64,000 nucleotides of DNA from Candidatus Latescibacterota bacterium (lineage in GTDB: Bacteria > Latescibacterota > UBA2968 > UBA8231), in contig OZ241867.1 of NCBI GenBank assembly GCA_965203175.1, positions 256,001 through 320,000 on the forward strand. Reading direction: 5' to 3'. The translations under genes were made by a program, and so were the position numbers. The notes beneath the pieces were generated by a model, which was not told the DNA's origin, searched no databases, and was given only the letters and a program-made list of their open reading frames with translations. Positions 53,795 through 62,909 of the stretch are shown one piece after another (position 1 is the stretch's first letter; each line of letters starts with the position of its first letter).

Positions 53795-53899
53795 ATGCAC
53801 TCCTCTTTATAGGCAAAAATCAATGAGATTGAAGTGACGTTCATTTTTTAATTCAACTGCGCTATTCTCGCTGCAACGGGTGTCAGACGACTATTTGAT

Positions 53900-54193
53900 C
53901 TACATCTTGATCTTGGATCGCTTGCGCCGCGACAAGGAGATACCACCGAAGCCGCTGATAACGGCAATGTAAAACCCAGCATCGTACCACCAGCCTGTGT
54001 TGTGCGGTTCATAGAGGCGGATGGCTGAGTCAAACAGGCCCCAGATGAGCGATATGGGTGCAATCCAACCGTGCCAGATTCCCCAAAAAAATCCGGCGGG
54101 ATTCGCTTCAGTGTGTTTCCCATCGCCAGGGATACACCCCGCAAGCGAAATCAGAACGATCAAGACAAGCATGCAGATCAACTGTTTGGCCAT
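53900..54193 (-). CDS. small hypothetical lipoprotein/membrane protein
   Basis: Lipobox LAGC; AGFFWGIWHGWIAP...YEPHNTGWWYDAGF. Confidence 0.7.
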   Translation of the reverse strand: MAKQLICMLVLIVLISLAGCIPGDGKHTEANPAGFFWGIWHGWIAPISLIWGLFDSAIRLYEPHNTGWWYDAGFYIAVISGFGGISLSRRKRSKIKM

Positions 54194-54282
54194 AGCAAAT
54201 CCTGCGTCGGTCCGTTCTTCTGTCACCCCAAGCTAAATTGTATAAGATACGACTTGGCAGAATTTTGTGAAACAGCGGACAC

Positions 54283-54318
54283 AAGAAAGCCCAAGATGCC
54301 AGGCGACATCTTGGGCTT
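54283..54318 (-). terminator. hairpin/terminator after bamA
   Basis: 12-bp stem AAGCCCAAGATG/CATCTTGGGCTT. Confidence 0.6.
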
Positions 54319-54342
54319 CGTCTTTTGCCCCTGCGATCAGGC

Positions 54343-56736
54343 CTAGTAAAACTGCGGCCCAAACTGGAAGTGGGTCTTCCAACCAGCCGGCGCACCATCG
54401 ACCTTCTCGCGGTCAAAACCATAGCCGAAGTCGAAGCCGATCATCCCCAGCATCGGCGTCTGGACGCGAAAACCGAAGCCCAGCGAGCGCCTGAGGTCTA
54501 AGGGATTGAGGTCGGGAATCGTCGCCCAAGCGTTGCCCGCGTCTGCGAATAGGATGCCGTACACTTGCTGCTCGGCGATCGGAAAGCGGTACTCCAGATT
54601 CAACACTATCATTGAGCGGCCGCCGAGAGAAATCCCGCCGGCCTTCGGGCCTAATGAGTAATCTGGATAACCCCGGACTTGTCCGTCCCAGTAATCAATA
54701 CCGCCCGGAGTAAACAGATCATAGCGCGAAATGTGCTCGTCGTCCCAGTTGGAAAAACCATCGATAACCGCGACTTTGGTCTCCAAACTCCAGACGAACT
54801 TCCACCAACTCGGACGATAGTAGTTAAAATTCACTTCGTGGTTGTGGTAGTCCACATCGCCGGCAATGATTGAGGAGGCGACCGATGGAGTGTAGCTAAA
54901 AACCGTCCCCTTGGTCGGAAACTCGGCCCGGTCGCGCGTATCACGCGTATAGATCAACTCAAAGCGGCTTGTAAGCTGATCTTGGTAGCGAGGATTTGTC
55001 GCAAATATAGTACTGTCTGCAAAGTCGGAATAGCCTTGGGTGTAAAGGCGATAGCCCAGCGAAAGGCTGGAATTAGCCGGCTTCTTCAACCGCCGCCCCA
55101 CGCGCACATTGATCGACTTGCGATTGGATTTCCAGAGGATATCGCTATTGTTTAGCCGATAGTTGGTGCTCCGGTAGTCGTAGTAGTGGAGGTTTTGCGT
55201 ATAAGCGCGCGCCGACAAACTGGTCGGGGTATCGAAGAGCCACGGCTCGGTAAAACCGACCAAGAACTGCTCGCGCCGAGTGCCGAATTCCCAGTTAAAG
55301 TCCAGACTCTGGCCCATCCCGCGGAAGTTGGGAACCTGCAATCCGATCTGCCCCACCATCTTGTCGCGGTCCGAATACCCCGCCCCCACAGACGCTTGCC
55401 CAGTCGGCCGCTCATCGACGTCAAATACCAGATCCACCAGCCGCTCGCCCTCGCCTGTGCTATATTGAGGCTGGATTTGCACATCCTTGAAGAAGTTCAA
55501 CAGATGTATGCGCCGCTGACTTTCTTGGACGAGATTCTGCTGGTAAATATCGCCTGGACGCAATTCAATCTCGCGCCGGATCACCTTCTCCCGCGTCTTG
55601 GTATTGCCGGCGATCTCGACCTTGCGAATCGTCCACGGCTGCCCTTCAAATATCTGAAACGACACGTCAATCGAGTCGTTGCGAATCGTCTCTTGCGGCA
55701 CCACTCGGGTGTCCAAGTAGCCCTTCTCGTAATAGACAAAGCGCGCCAAATCGGCCAGTTCTGGCCCAGAGCGCCCATATACCATCCCCTCCTGCAACTC
55801 TAGCTTTTCCACCAACTCGTCGGTGCCGAAGAGCGCGTTGCCTTCCCAAGCGACTTTGCCCAAGCGGTACTGTAGTCCCTCGTCGATTTCCACGTCGATG
55901 AACAAGTGCCGTCGCGTCGAGTCGTAATAGACACTGTCGCGCACTATGGCTGCCTGCTGAAATCCCAAGCTGCGATAGTACGCTAGCAGCTTCTGCTTGT
56001 CCTCTTCGTACGTGTCGCCGTTGAACTCGCCCTTGCGCCACCAGCGCTTTTCCTCGGTCTCCATCAACGACACCAACCGGCGCGGCTCCGGACCTTGACC
56101 GTCCCACTTTTGCGGACGCCGAGGACTGCGCGCTGGCAACTCTCGGCTGTCAATCACCGTGCCGTCGGCGCGGTGCTGGATCAAGCGAATCTGCTTGATC
56201 TGCACTTTGGACCCCTCGTTGATATCGTATTGGAGGAATACCTCGCCCTCTTCTGCTCCGGCGAAGGTCTGGCCTTTGATCTCGGCGCGCAGATAGCCCT
56301 TCTCGCGATAGAGGTCGAGGATTTTCTGCTCGCCCCGCACCACATCCCTCGGCGCAATAACCTGACCAGTGATCAAGCTCAGCGCCTCCTTGAGATCCTT
56401 CTCCTTGAGATTTTTCTGCCCCTTGAACTGCAAACCCTCTAGGGCTGGGTATTCTTCAACCATGATGATCAGGTTGATTCCCTCGGGAACGGGATCGCCC
56501 CAGATCTGGATATCCTCAAAGACGTTGAGCCCTTGGAGATCGCGCACCGCCTGCTGCACGTTCTCTTGCGATAGCTCAATGCCAGGCTCCAAGCCCACCG
56601 TGGTTAGGATCAGCGACTTGGCCACCTTGCGCATTTCACCCTGCACCTCGACCGAGACAACCTTCTGGGCCTCGACCGCGCTACCCAGCAACCCCACAGA
56701 GACGATGGCAAAAAGTATGGTGCGGAAATTCTTCAT
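54343..56736 (-). CDS. bamA: outer membrane protein assembly factor BamA
   Basis: POTRA repeats, GNTKTREKVIRRE, FTEPWLFD, VRGY motif, C-terminal FQFG. Confidence 0.96.
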   Translation of the reverse strand: MKNFRTILFAIVSVGLLGSAVEAQKVVSVEVQGEMRKVAKSLILTTVGLEPGIELSQENVQQAVRDLQGLNVFEDIQIWGDPVPEGINLIIMVEEYPALEGLQFKGQKNLKEKDLKEALSLITGQVIAPRDVVRGEQKILDLYREKGYLRAEIKGQTFAGAEEGEVFLQYDINEGSKVQIKQIRLIQHRADGTVIDSRELPARSPRRPQKWDGQGPEPRRLVSLMETEEKRWWRKGEFNGDTYEEDKQKLLAYYRSLGFQQAAIVRDSVYYDSTRRHLFIDVEIDEGLQYRLGKVAWEGNALFGTDELVEKLELQEGMVYGRSGPELADLARFVYYEKGYLDTRVVPQETIRNDSIDVSFQIFEGQPWTIRKVEIAGNTKTREKVIRREIELRPGDIYQQNLVQESQRRIHLLNFFKDVQIQPQYSTGEGERLVDLVFDVDERPTGQASVGAGYSDRDKMVGQIGLQVPNFRGMGQSLDFNWEFGTRREQFLVGFTEPWLFDTPTSLSARAYTQNLHYYDYRSTNYRLNNSDILWKSNRKSINVRVGRRLKKPANSSLSLGYRLYTQGYSDFADSTIFATNPRYQDQLTSRFELIYTRDTRDRAEFPTKGTVFSYTPSVASSIIAGDVDYHNHEVNFNYYRPSWWKFVWSLETKVAVIDGFSNWDDEHISRYDLFTPGGIDYWDGQVRGYPDYSLGPKAGGISLGGRSMIVLNLEYRFPIAEQQVYGILFADAGNAWATIPDLNPLDLRRSLGFGFRVQTPMLGMIGFDFGYGFDREKVDGAPAGWKTHFQFGPQFY

Positions 56737-56737
56737 A

Positions 56738-59206
56738 TCAGCTCGTGGTCGCGCGCTTCTTCTTTACCTCTTCTCCCACCCCTTCTCGACGCTCCTCGTC
56801 GAAAACTAGTTCCTCGCCCTTTTTGGTGACGCGAATGCGGCTGCCCTCGCCAAAGCGGCCTTGGAGAATCTCTTCGGCCAGCGGATCTTCGAGCATCTTC
56901 TGGATGGTCCGCTCCAAATAGCGCGCGCCATACGCCTGATCAAAGCCCTTGTCGGCGAGCAGCGTTTTGGCTCCGGGCGTAACTCGCACTTGGATGTCCT
57001 GTGAGGCCAAGCGCGCTTTGAATTCCTCCAAGCGAATATCTATGATGGCGGCGATGTGCTCTTTGTCGAGAGCGTGGAAAATGATGGTGTCATCAACGCG
57101 ATTGAGAAACTCGGGATTGAAGGTCTTTTTCAAGGCGTCGTTGATCTTGCCCTCCATCAGCGCGTATCTTGAGTCGGAATCGGACTTCTGGAAGCCCAAT
57201 ACACCACCCGTGCCCACATCCCGACTACCTGCGTTAGAAGTCATAATTAGCACGGTATTGCAAAAATCTACTTTGCGGCCCGTGCTATCGGTGAGCCGCC
57301 CCTCGTCGAGAATTTGCAACAGAATGTTGAAGACATCGGGGTGAGCTTTCTCGACCTCGTCTAGCAAAACCACTGAGTAAGGACGGCGGCGGACCCGCTC
57401 GGTGAGCTGCCCTCCCTCGTCAAAACCCACATAGCCCGGAGGTGCGCCAATCAGGCGCGACACTGCAAATTTCTCCATGTACTCAGACATGTCGACCGAA
57501 ATCAACGCATCGGCATCGTCGAAGAGAAATTCGGCTAGCCGTTTGGCCAACTCGGTCTTGCCCACGCCCGTCGGGCCGAGAAAGATAAATGAGCCGATGG
57601 GCCGCTTGGGATCCTGTAGGCCCGCGCGACTGCGGCGGATGGCCCGCGCGATCGCGGTGACCGCTTGCTGCTGGCCGACGATTTTCTTTGTGAGCTCCGC
57701 TTCCATAGCCAGCAGGCGCTCGGTCTCGGTCTTGGCCAGCCGCGAGATCGGAATGCCGGTCATACTGGCGATGACCTCGGCAATGTCGTCTGCCGTCACC
57801 TCGACCACTTCGTCGCGGACCGCTTCCTCCCACGCTTGGCGTTTATTTTGTAGCTGTTCATTCAACTGGAGCGCCTCGTCGCGCAACTCGGCGGCGTCCT
57901 CAAAATCTTGGCGCTCGGACGCTTCGTTCTTCTTGCGGTTGATCTCCTGTATCTCGGCCTCGATGCGACCGATCTCTTCCGGCGGACTGAGCCGAGCCAG
58001 ATGGACGCGCGAGCCCGTCTCATCGATCACATCAATGGCCTTATCGGGCAAGTAGCGGTCGCTTATATAGCGGTCGGCTTGGCGCACCGCATAGGCAACG
58101 ACATCGTCGGCAAACTCCACGTGATGGTGGCTCTCGTAGCTAGAGCGCAGCCCCTTGACGATCTCAATGGTGTCCTCGACCGAGGGTGGATCGACCATGA
58201 TGCTCTGAAAGCGCCGCTCGAGGGCACCGTCCTTTTCGATGTGCTTGCGGTATTCGTCGAGGGTGGTGGCCCCTATGCACTGCAATTCGCCGCGTGCCAA
58301 AGCGGGCTTGAACATATTGGAAGCATCCAACGTGCCCTCGGCACTGCCAGCACCGACAATGGTGTGTAGCTCGTCGATGAAAATGATGACTTCGGAGTTT
58401 TGCTGCAGCTCGTTCATCACCGCCTTGATGCGCTCTTCAAACTGGCCCCGGTACTTGGTGCCGGCGACCACGCCGCCCATGTCGAGGGTGACTAAGCGCT
58501 TGTCGAGGAGAATCTGCGGCACGCGCTTTTCAATGATGCGCTGGGCTAGCCCCTCGACAATGGCCGTCTTGCCGACGCCCGGATCGCCAATGAGGATGGG
58601 ATTGTTCTTCTTGCGGCGGCTGAGCACTTGCGTGACGCGCTCAATCTCCTTCTGGCGACCGATCACCGGGTCTAGCTTGCCCTCTCGCGCCAACTGGGTC
58701 AGGTCGCGGCCAAAGTGGTCGAGGAAGGGCGTCTTGCTCTTCTTGCCCTTTTCCTTGCGTCCGGTAGTCTTGCCTTCAAGCACGGCCAAGGTCTCTTCCA
58801 TAGCCGTTTTGTAATCGACGCCAAAGGCGGCCAGAATCTGTGCGGCGACCCCTTCCTTGTCCTTGAGCAGCGCCAAGAGCAGATGTTCGACATCAATGAA
58901 CTGCGTCTTCATCTCCTTGGCCTCGTTGGCTGCCACTTCGAGGATCTGTTTAGCGCGGGGAGTATAGGGCACCTCGCCGATGGTCATAGTGCCGCCCGAG
59001 GTCGTCACGTAGTCTTCCACCGACTGTTTGACCGTCTCCAAACTCAACCCCAAGTTCGTCAACACGGCCACGGCCTTGCCCTTGCCGTCCTTGATAATGC
59101 CCAACAGCAAATGCTCGGTGCCGATGTAGTTGTGACCCAAGCGCGCCGACTCCTCGCGCGCCAGCTTCATTACCTGTTTTACATTTTCAGTGAACATGTT
59201 GTTCAT
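56738..59206 (-). CDS. clpC: ATP-dependent Clp protease ATP-binding subunit ClpC
   Basis: Clp-N repeats, [11 protein letters not shown]-like M-domain, [18 protein letters not shown]. Confidence 0.97.
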   Translation of the reverse strand: MNNMFTENVKQVMKLAREESARLGHNYIGTEHLLLGIIKDGKGKAVAVLTNLGLSLETVKQSVEDYVTTSGGTMTIGEVPYTPRAKQILEVAANEAKEMKTQFIDVEHLLLALLKDKEGVAAQILAAFGVDYKTAMEETLAVLEGKTTGRKEKGKKSKTPFLDHFGRDLTQLAREGKLDPVIGRQKEIERVTQVLSRRKKNNPILIGDPGVGKTAIVEGLAQRIIEKRVPQILLDKRLVTLDMGGVVAGTKYRGQFEERIKAVMNELQQNSEVIIFIDELHTIVGAGSAEGTLDASNMFKPALARGELQCIGATTLDEYRKHIEKDGALERRFQSIMVDPPSVEDTIEIVKGLRSSYESHHHVEFADDVVAYAVRQADRYISDRYLPDKAIDVIDETGSRVHLARLSPPEEIGRIEAEIQEINRKKNEASERQDFEDAAELRDEALQLNEQLQNKRQAWEEAVRDEVVEVTADDIAEVIASMTGIPISRLAKTETERLLAMEAELTKKIVGQQQAVTAIARAIRRSRAGLQDPKRPIGSFIFLGPTGVGKTELAKRLAEFLFDDADALISVDMSEYMEKFAVSRLIGAPPGYVGFDEGGQLTERVRRRPYSVVLLDEVEKAHPDVFNILLQILDEGRLTDSTGRKVDFCNTVLIMTSNAGSRDVGTGGVLGFQKSDSDSRYALMEGKINDALKKTFNPEFLNRVDDTIIFHALDKEHIAAIIDIRLEEFKARLASQDIQVRVTPGAKTLLADKGFDQAYGARYLERTIQKMLEDPLAEEILQGRFGEGSRIRVTKKGEELVFDEERREGVGEEVKKKRATTS

Positions 59207-59319
59207 CTAATCGTCCTCCACAATCCGCCTATGTAATAAGGAAGCTTGATGCTCGACCATTCGGAGCGCGTGAATTGAATATCGAGCGTTGTAAATCTGC
59301 CAGATAACTCTCGGTTTTG

Positions 59320-59348
59320 AACCTACCAAACGGGCAGATTGTTGTCAA
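59320..59348 (-). promoter_or_regulatory. internal sigma70-type promoter for clpC-bamA
   Basis: TTGACA (overlapping the mcsB TGA)-N17-TAGGTT with an extended TGn. Confidence 0.55.
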
Positions 59349-60408
59349 GGTGAACTCCCCTGTTCGGCCCAGCGCCGCCTCACTAGTTCGGCGCGGCGCA
59401 CATCGCGGTCTGCCGGAGAGAGATCCTCATGTGATTCGGCCTGCAAATGCGAAGGCTGGGTAATGATCATTAACTGGTTGATGAAACCGAGCGGCAAGCC
59501 GTCGATCATCCCCAAACTACACCCTAAGCGCACGCCGATAGCAAGTTCATAAACTCCTGACCACTCAATACCCGCGCGTGTCGCAAAATCCCATACGCTC
59601 GCCAAACCTTGTCCTCCACTTGAGCAGATGCGTCTGCCAGCAGGGTGGTCTGCGCTTCTTTTTCGTGACCCATAATCTGTTGAGTCACTTCCGAGAGCTT
59701 CTCGACGATCTCCTCTTCGGGCACGCCCATGGTGACTTGGTTGGATATCTGAAATAGGTTGCCGACCGCATTGGTGCCTTCCCCGTAGAAACCACGCACC
59801 GCGAAAGTCATCCGGGCCAAACCGCGCACCACCCGCTCCATATCCTCAGTCAGGACCAAGGCTGGCAGATGGATGAGTACCGATATTCGCAAGCCCGTCC
59901 CCGTGTTGGTCGGGCAGGCCGTCAAGAAGCCCCAGCGCTCCGATTGCGCCCACTCCAATTCTCTATTAAGCGCGTCGTCGAGCGCATCAACCTGCTGCCA
60001 CGCCGCGTGCGTCTGCAAACCCGGTAGAATAGCCTGCAAACGGAGGTGATCTTCCTCGTTGATCATCACGCTGAGCGACTCACCGGCATTGAAGAGCACG
60101 CCGCGCTGGCCCTTGCTTTTGGCGAGAGCCGGGCTAATTAGGTGGCGCTCCACCAGCAACTGTCGCTGATTGGTCTGTAGGGCGTTCATTTGGAAAAAGG
60201 CCGCATCGCGCATATGGTGGCACTTCTGCGCGGTACTCAGGACTTGCTCAATGATTTTCTCTTGGTCGTCGAGCGAGGTCTTCGGCGCAAAGGGCCACGC
60301 CGCGAGGTTGCGGGCCAAGCGAGCACGACAGCTAACGACCATACCTTCTCCATCCCCTTCCCCACTGAGCCAGTCAGCCGCATTGTAAACGAGGTCCTCA
60401 ATATTCAC
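59345..60408 (-). pseudogene. mcsB: protein arginine kinase McsB, frameshifted near 59533 (real lesion or sequencing error)
   Basis: SCRARLARN, NEEDHLR, ACPTNTGTGLR. Frame 1 ends LLSACA*; the C-terminus VRLG...TQPSHLQ...RDVRRA continues in another frame. Confidence 0.85.
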
Positions 60409-60410
60409 AG

Positions 60411-60917
60411 CTATTTTCCTTCGAGAACGCGGATGCGGTCCCTGAGCTGAGCGGCCTCTTCAAAGGCCTCTTCCGCTACCGCTTGGGCCAACTCTGCACG
60501 CAAGCGCTCCAGTTCGTCGGGTGCTGGGGCGCTTTGTGCCACCTTCAACGGTCCCTTGCCCCGGTGCCTGTTGTCGCCGTGGATGCGCTTGAGCAGACGC
60601 TCTAACTGTGAGGAGAAAGCATCGTAACAATGCGGGCATCCGAGACGACCCACCCTCTTGAACTCCTCGTAACTCATCCCGCAGGTTGGACACCGCGCGC
60701 CCCCGTCTCCTTCGGCTCCGGCCAACTTGGCCAACTCTATCTTGATTTCCTTCATCAGCACAGGTGCGTCTTTGGTCTGTTCAGCCGGGGCTACCCGCAC
60801 CTCGATGTTTTTTTCTTTAGCGCACTCATGACAGAGTAAGAGCGTCTGTTTTACGTCGTCAACAATATGGGTATAGGCCACTACGGCCTCGCGCTTGGCG
60901 CACGCTCCGCATTTCAT
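60411..60917 (-). CDS. mcsA: McsA (UVR-domain zinc-finger activator of McsB)
   Basis: CxxC pairs, GRLGCPHCY, HG...H.GK.P, EAFEEAAQLRDRI. Confidence 0.92.
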   Translation of the reverse strand: MKCGACAKREAVVAYTHIVDDVKQTLLLCHECAKEKNIEVRVAPAEQTKDAPVLMKEIKIELAKLAGAEGDGGARCPTCGMSYEEFKRVGRLGCPHCYDAFSSQLERLLKRIHGDNRHRGKGPLKVAQSAPAPDELERLRAELAQAVAEEAFEEAAQLRDRIRVLEGK

Positions 60918-62219
60918 AAAAAATCTCGCGTGAGCCCGTCGCCTTTAGGCGATGGAGGGATAGCGATTCAATCGGTGAGAGGCGGCTTGTCCGCCTTGAG
61001 CCGGTTGAAATCGGTTGTAGAAAGGTTGACACGGCTTCTTGTAGAGACTATCTGTATCTCTATGAAGAAGGTGATACAGATACAGCTTAAGCCTACCCCT
61101 GAGCAAGCGGCTTCGCTGGAGAAGACGATGCGTCGATTCAACGAGGCGTGTAACTGGCTGGCTGTTCGCGCTTTTGAGCGTAAGCTGGCCAATCGCTTTG
61201 GCTTGCACAAGCTGTATTACTACGAACTGCGTGAACGCTTTGGCCTGCCTGCTCAGATGGCCTGTCTGGTATCGGCCAATGTATCGGCCGCCTACAAGAC
61301 GGACACCGCCAAGCAAGTGGCCTTCCGTCCCTTGGCGTCGATGCCCTATGACCGGCATCTGTTGCGCTATCAAGACCTGACCTCGGTCTCTATGTCCACG
61401 TTGGATGGGCGCATCAGCCTGCCGATGGTCATGGGCGACTATCAGGCCGAACAGTTTGCCCAAGTCAAATACTACGCCGAACTGGTACGCCGCAAGGATG
61501 GCAAGTGGTTCCTTATGGCGGTGATCGAGACCGATGACCTGCCGCCGCTGGATACCGACGACTTCCTCGGCGTCGATCTGGGGGTCGAGCATCTTGCCAC
61601 CGACTCGGATGGAGCAATACACTCGGGCGACGACGTAGAGCAGGTGCGCATCAAGCACCAGACGCTCAAGCAGGCGCTTCAGTCGGCCGCTGATCTTGCG
61701 GCCAACCACCGACGGCGCAAGCGTATCCGCAAGAAGCTCAAACGCATAGGCGACCGCGAAGCGCGGTTTCGTCGTAACACCAACCACTGTATCGCTAAGC
61801 GTATCGTTGCGAAGGCTAAAGGCACTCTGAGAGGGATAGCCCTTGAAGACCTCAAGGGCATCCGACAGAGAACCCGGTTTCGCAAGCCGCAACGAAACCG
61901 CATGGGTAGCTGGGGATTTGACCAGCTTCGCCAGTTTGTCCGCTACAAGGCGGCGCAAGCCGGCGTGCCGCTCAAGATTGTCGACCCCAAGTATACCTCT
62001 CAGATGTGCTCTCAATGCGAACATGTCGAGCGCGGTAATCGCTCCTGTCAAGCTCGGTTTTGTTGCAAGCGATGCGGTCTGATTGACCACGCCGATTGCA
62101 ACGCGGCCCGGAACATCCGGGCAAGGGCACTGGTCAACGTGCCTATAGTTTCGACCTACTCCGTCGCAGCGGGGTAACGGTCAGGGACAAGCCGCTCGAT
62201 TTAGCGGGCGGTGGTTGAC
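60918..62219 (+). mobile_element. non-autonomous IS200/IS605-family (IS1341-like, tnpB-only) element
   Basis: Left hairpin CCGTCGCC-TTTA-GGCGATGG; right hairpin CCGCTCG...CGGGCGG followed by GTTGAC; no target duplication; removing it restores an ATGA lolD/mcsA overlap. Confidence 0.88.
61062..62177 (+). CDS. tnpB: RNA-guided endonuclease TnpB
   Basis: LKPTPEQ N-terminus; RuvC I GVDLG, RuvC II LEDL, zinc finger CSQC/CKRC, RuvC III ADCNAARNI. Confidence 0.95.
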   Translation: MKKVIQIQLKPTPEQAASLEKTMRRFNEACNWLAVRAFERKLANRFGLHKLYYYELRERFGLPAQMACLVSANVSAAYKTDTAKQVAFRPLASMPYDRHLLRYQDLTSVSMSTLDGRISLPMVMGDYQAEQFAQVKYYAELVRRKDGKWFLMAVIETDDLPPLDTDDFLGVDLGVEHLATDSDGAIHSGDDVEQVRIKHQTLKQALQSAADLAANHRRRKRIRKKLKRIGDREARFRRNTNHCIAKRIVAKAKGTLRGIALEDLKGIRQRTRFRKPQRNRMGSWGFDQLRQFVRYKAAQAGVPLKIVDPKYTSQMCSQCEHVERGNRSCQARFCCKRCGLIDHADCNAARNIRARALVNVPIVSTYSVAAG

Positions 62220-62908
62220 GTCGCGCCGTCTTCCATATGCAATACACCTGCTTCTATGCGCCCCCGGCGATCCATACTCTGGGCCAATTTGCGGTCGTGG
62301 GTCATCACCACAAAAGCCTGCCCGCGCTCCCGGGCCAATCCGGCGAGCAGTTGATGCAGAGACTCGCTGGCCGCCTCGTCGAGGTTGCCCGACGGCTCGT
62401 CGGCCAGCACGACCAACGGCTGAGTGATCAGCGCTCGCACCATGGCCACCCGTTGGCACTCACCGCCCGACAGCGACCCCGGCCGGTGGTGCAAGCGGTC
62501 GGCTAGCCCGACGGAATCCATCAACTCAAGGGCTTCTTGGTGGCGATCAACGCCAGCGACCCTCGCTGGCAACAAGACATTTTCCAGCGCGGTAAATTCC
62601 GGCAGCAGGTAGTGAAATTGGAATACGAAACCAATGTGCCGATTGCGAAAGCGCGACAGCGCCTGATCGCCGAGATTTAGTACATCGGTGTCGGCGATTC
62701 GCAATTGGCCGGCCGTCGGCAGGTCGATTGTACCCAACAAGTGCAGCAAGGTGCTTTTGCCAACTCCAGACTCGCCCATAACCGCGACTAGCTCGCCCGC
62801 CCGCACCACTAAGTCCACGCCCTTGAGCACTTCCAAGCCCTCGCCGCCAGTATCGAACACCTTGCGCAAACCGCACGCTTCAAGGATGATATCGGCTTGT
62901 TTCACCAT
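62201..62908 (-). CDS. lolD: lipoprotein-releasing ABC transporter ATP-binding protein LolD
   Basis: GESGVGKST, GFVFQFHYLL, LSGGECQR, LADEPSGNLD; the stop codon lies inside the IS right end. Confidence 0.9.
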   Translation of the reverse strand: MVKQADIILEACGLRKVFDTGGEGLEVLKGVDLVVRAGELVAVMGESGVGKSTLLHLLGTIDLPTAGQLRIADTDVLNLGDQALSRFRNRHIGFVFQFHYLLPEFTALENVLLPARVAGVDRHQEALELMDSVGLADRLHHRPGSLSGGECQRVAMVRALITQPLVVLADEPSGNLDEAASESLHQLLAGLARERGQAFVVMTHDRKLAQSMDRRGRIEAGVLHMEDGATSTTAR

Positions 62909-62909
62909 G

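Noticed and set aside
60945-62090. 381-aa minus-strand ORF within the IS
   Set aside because: Antisense shadow of tnpB with no HUH/Y1 or serine-recombinase motifs, so it is not a tnpA.
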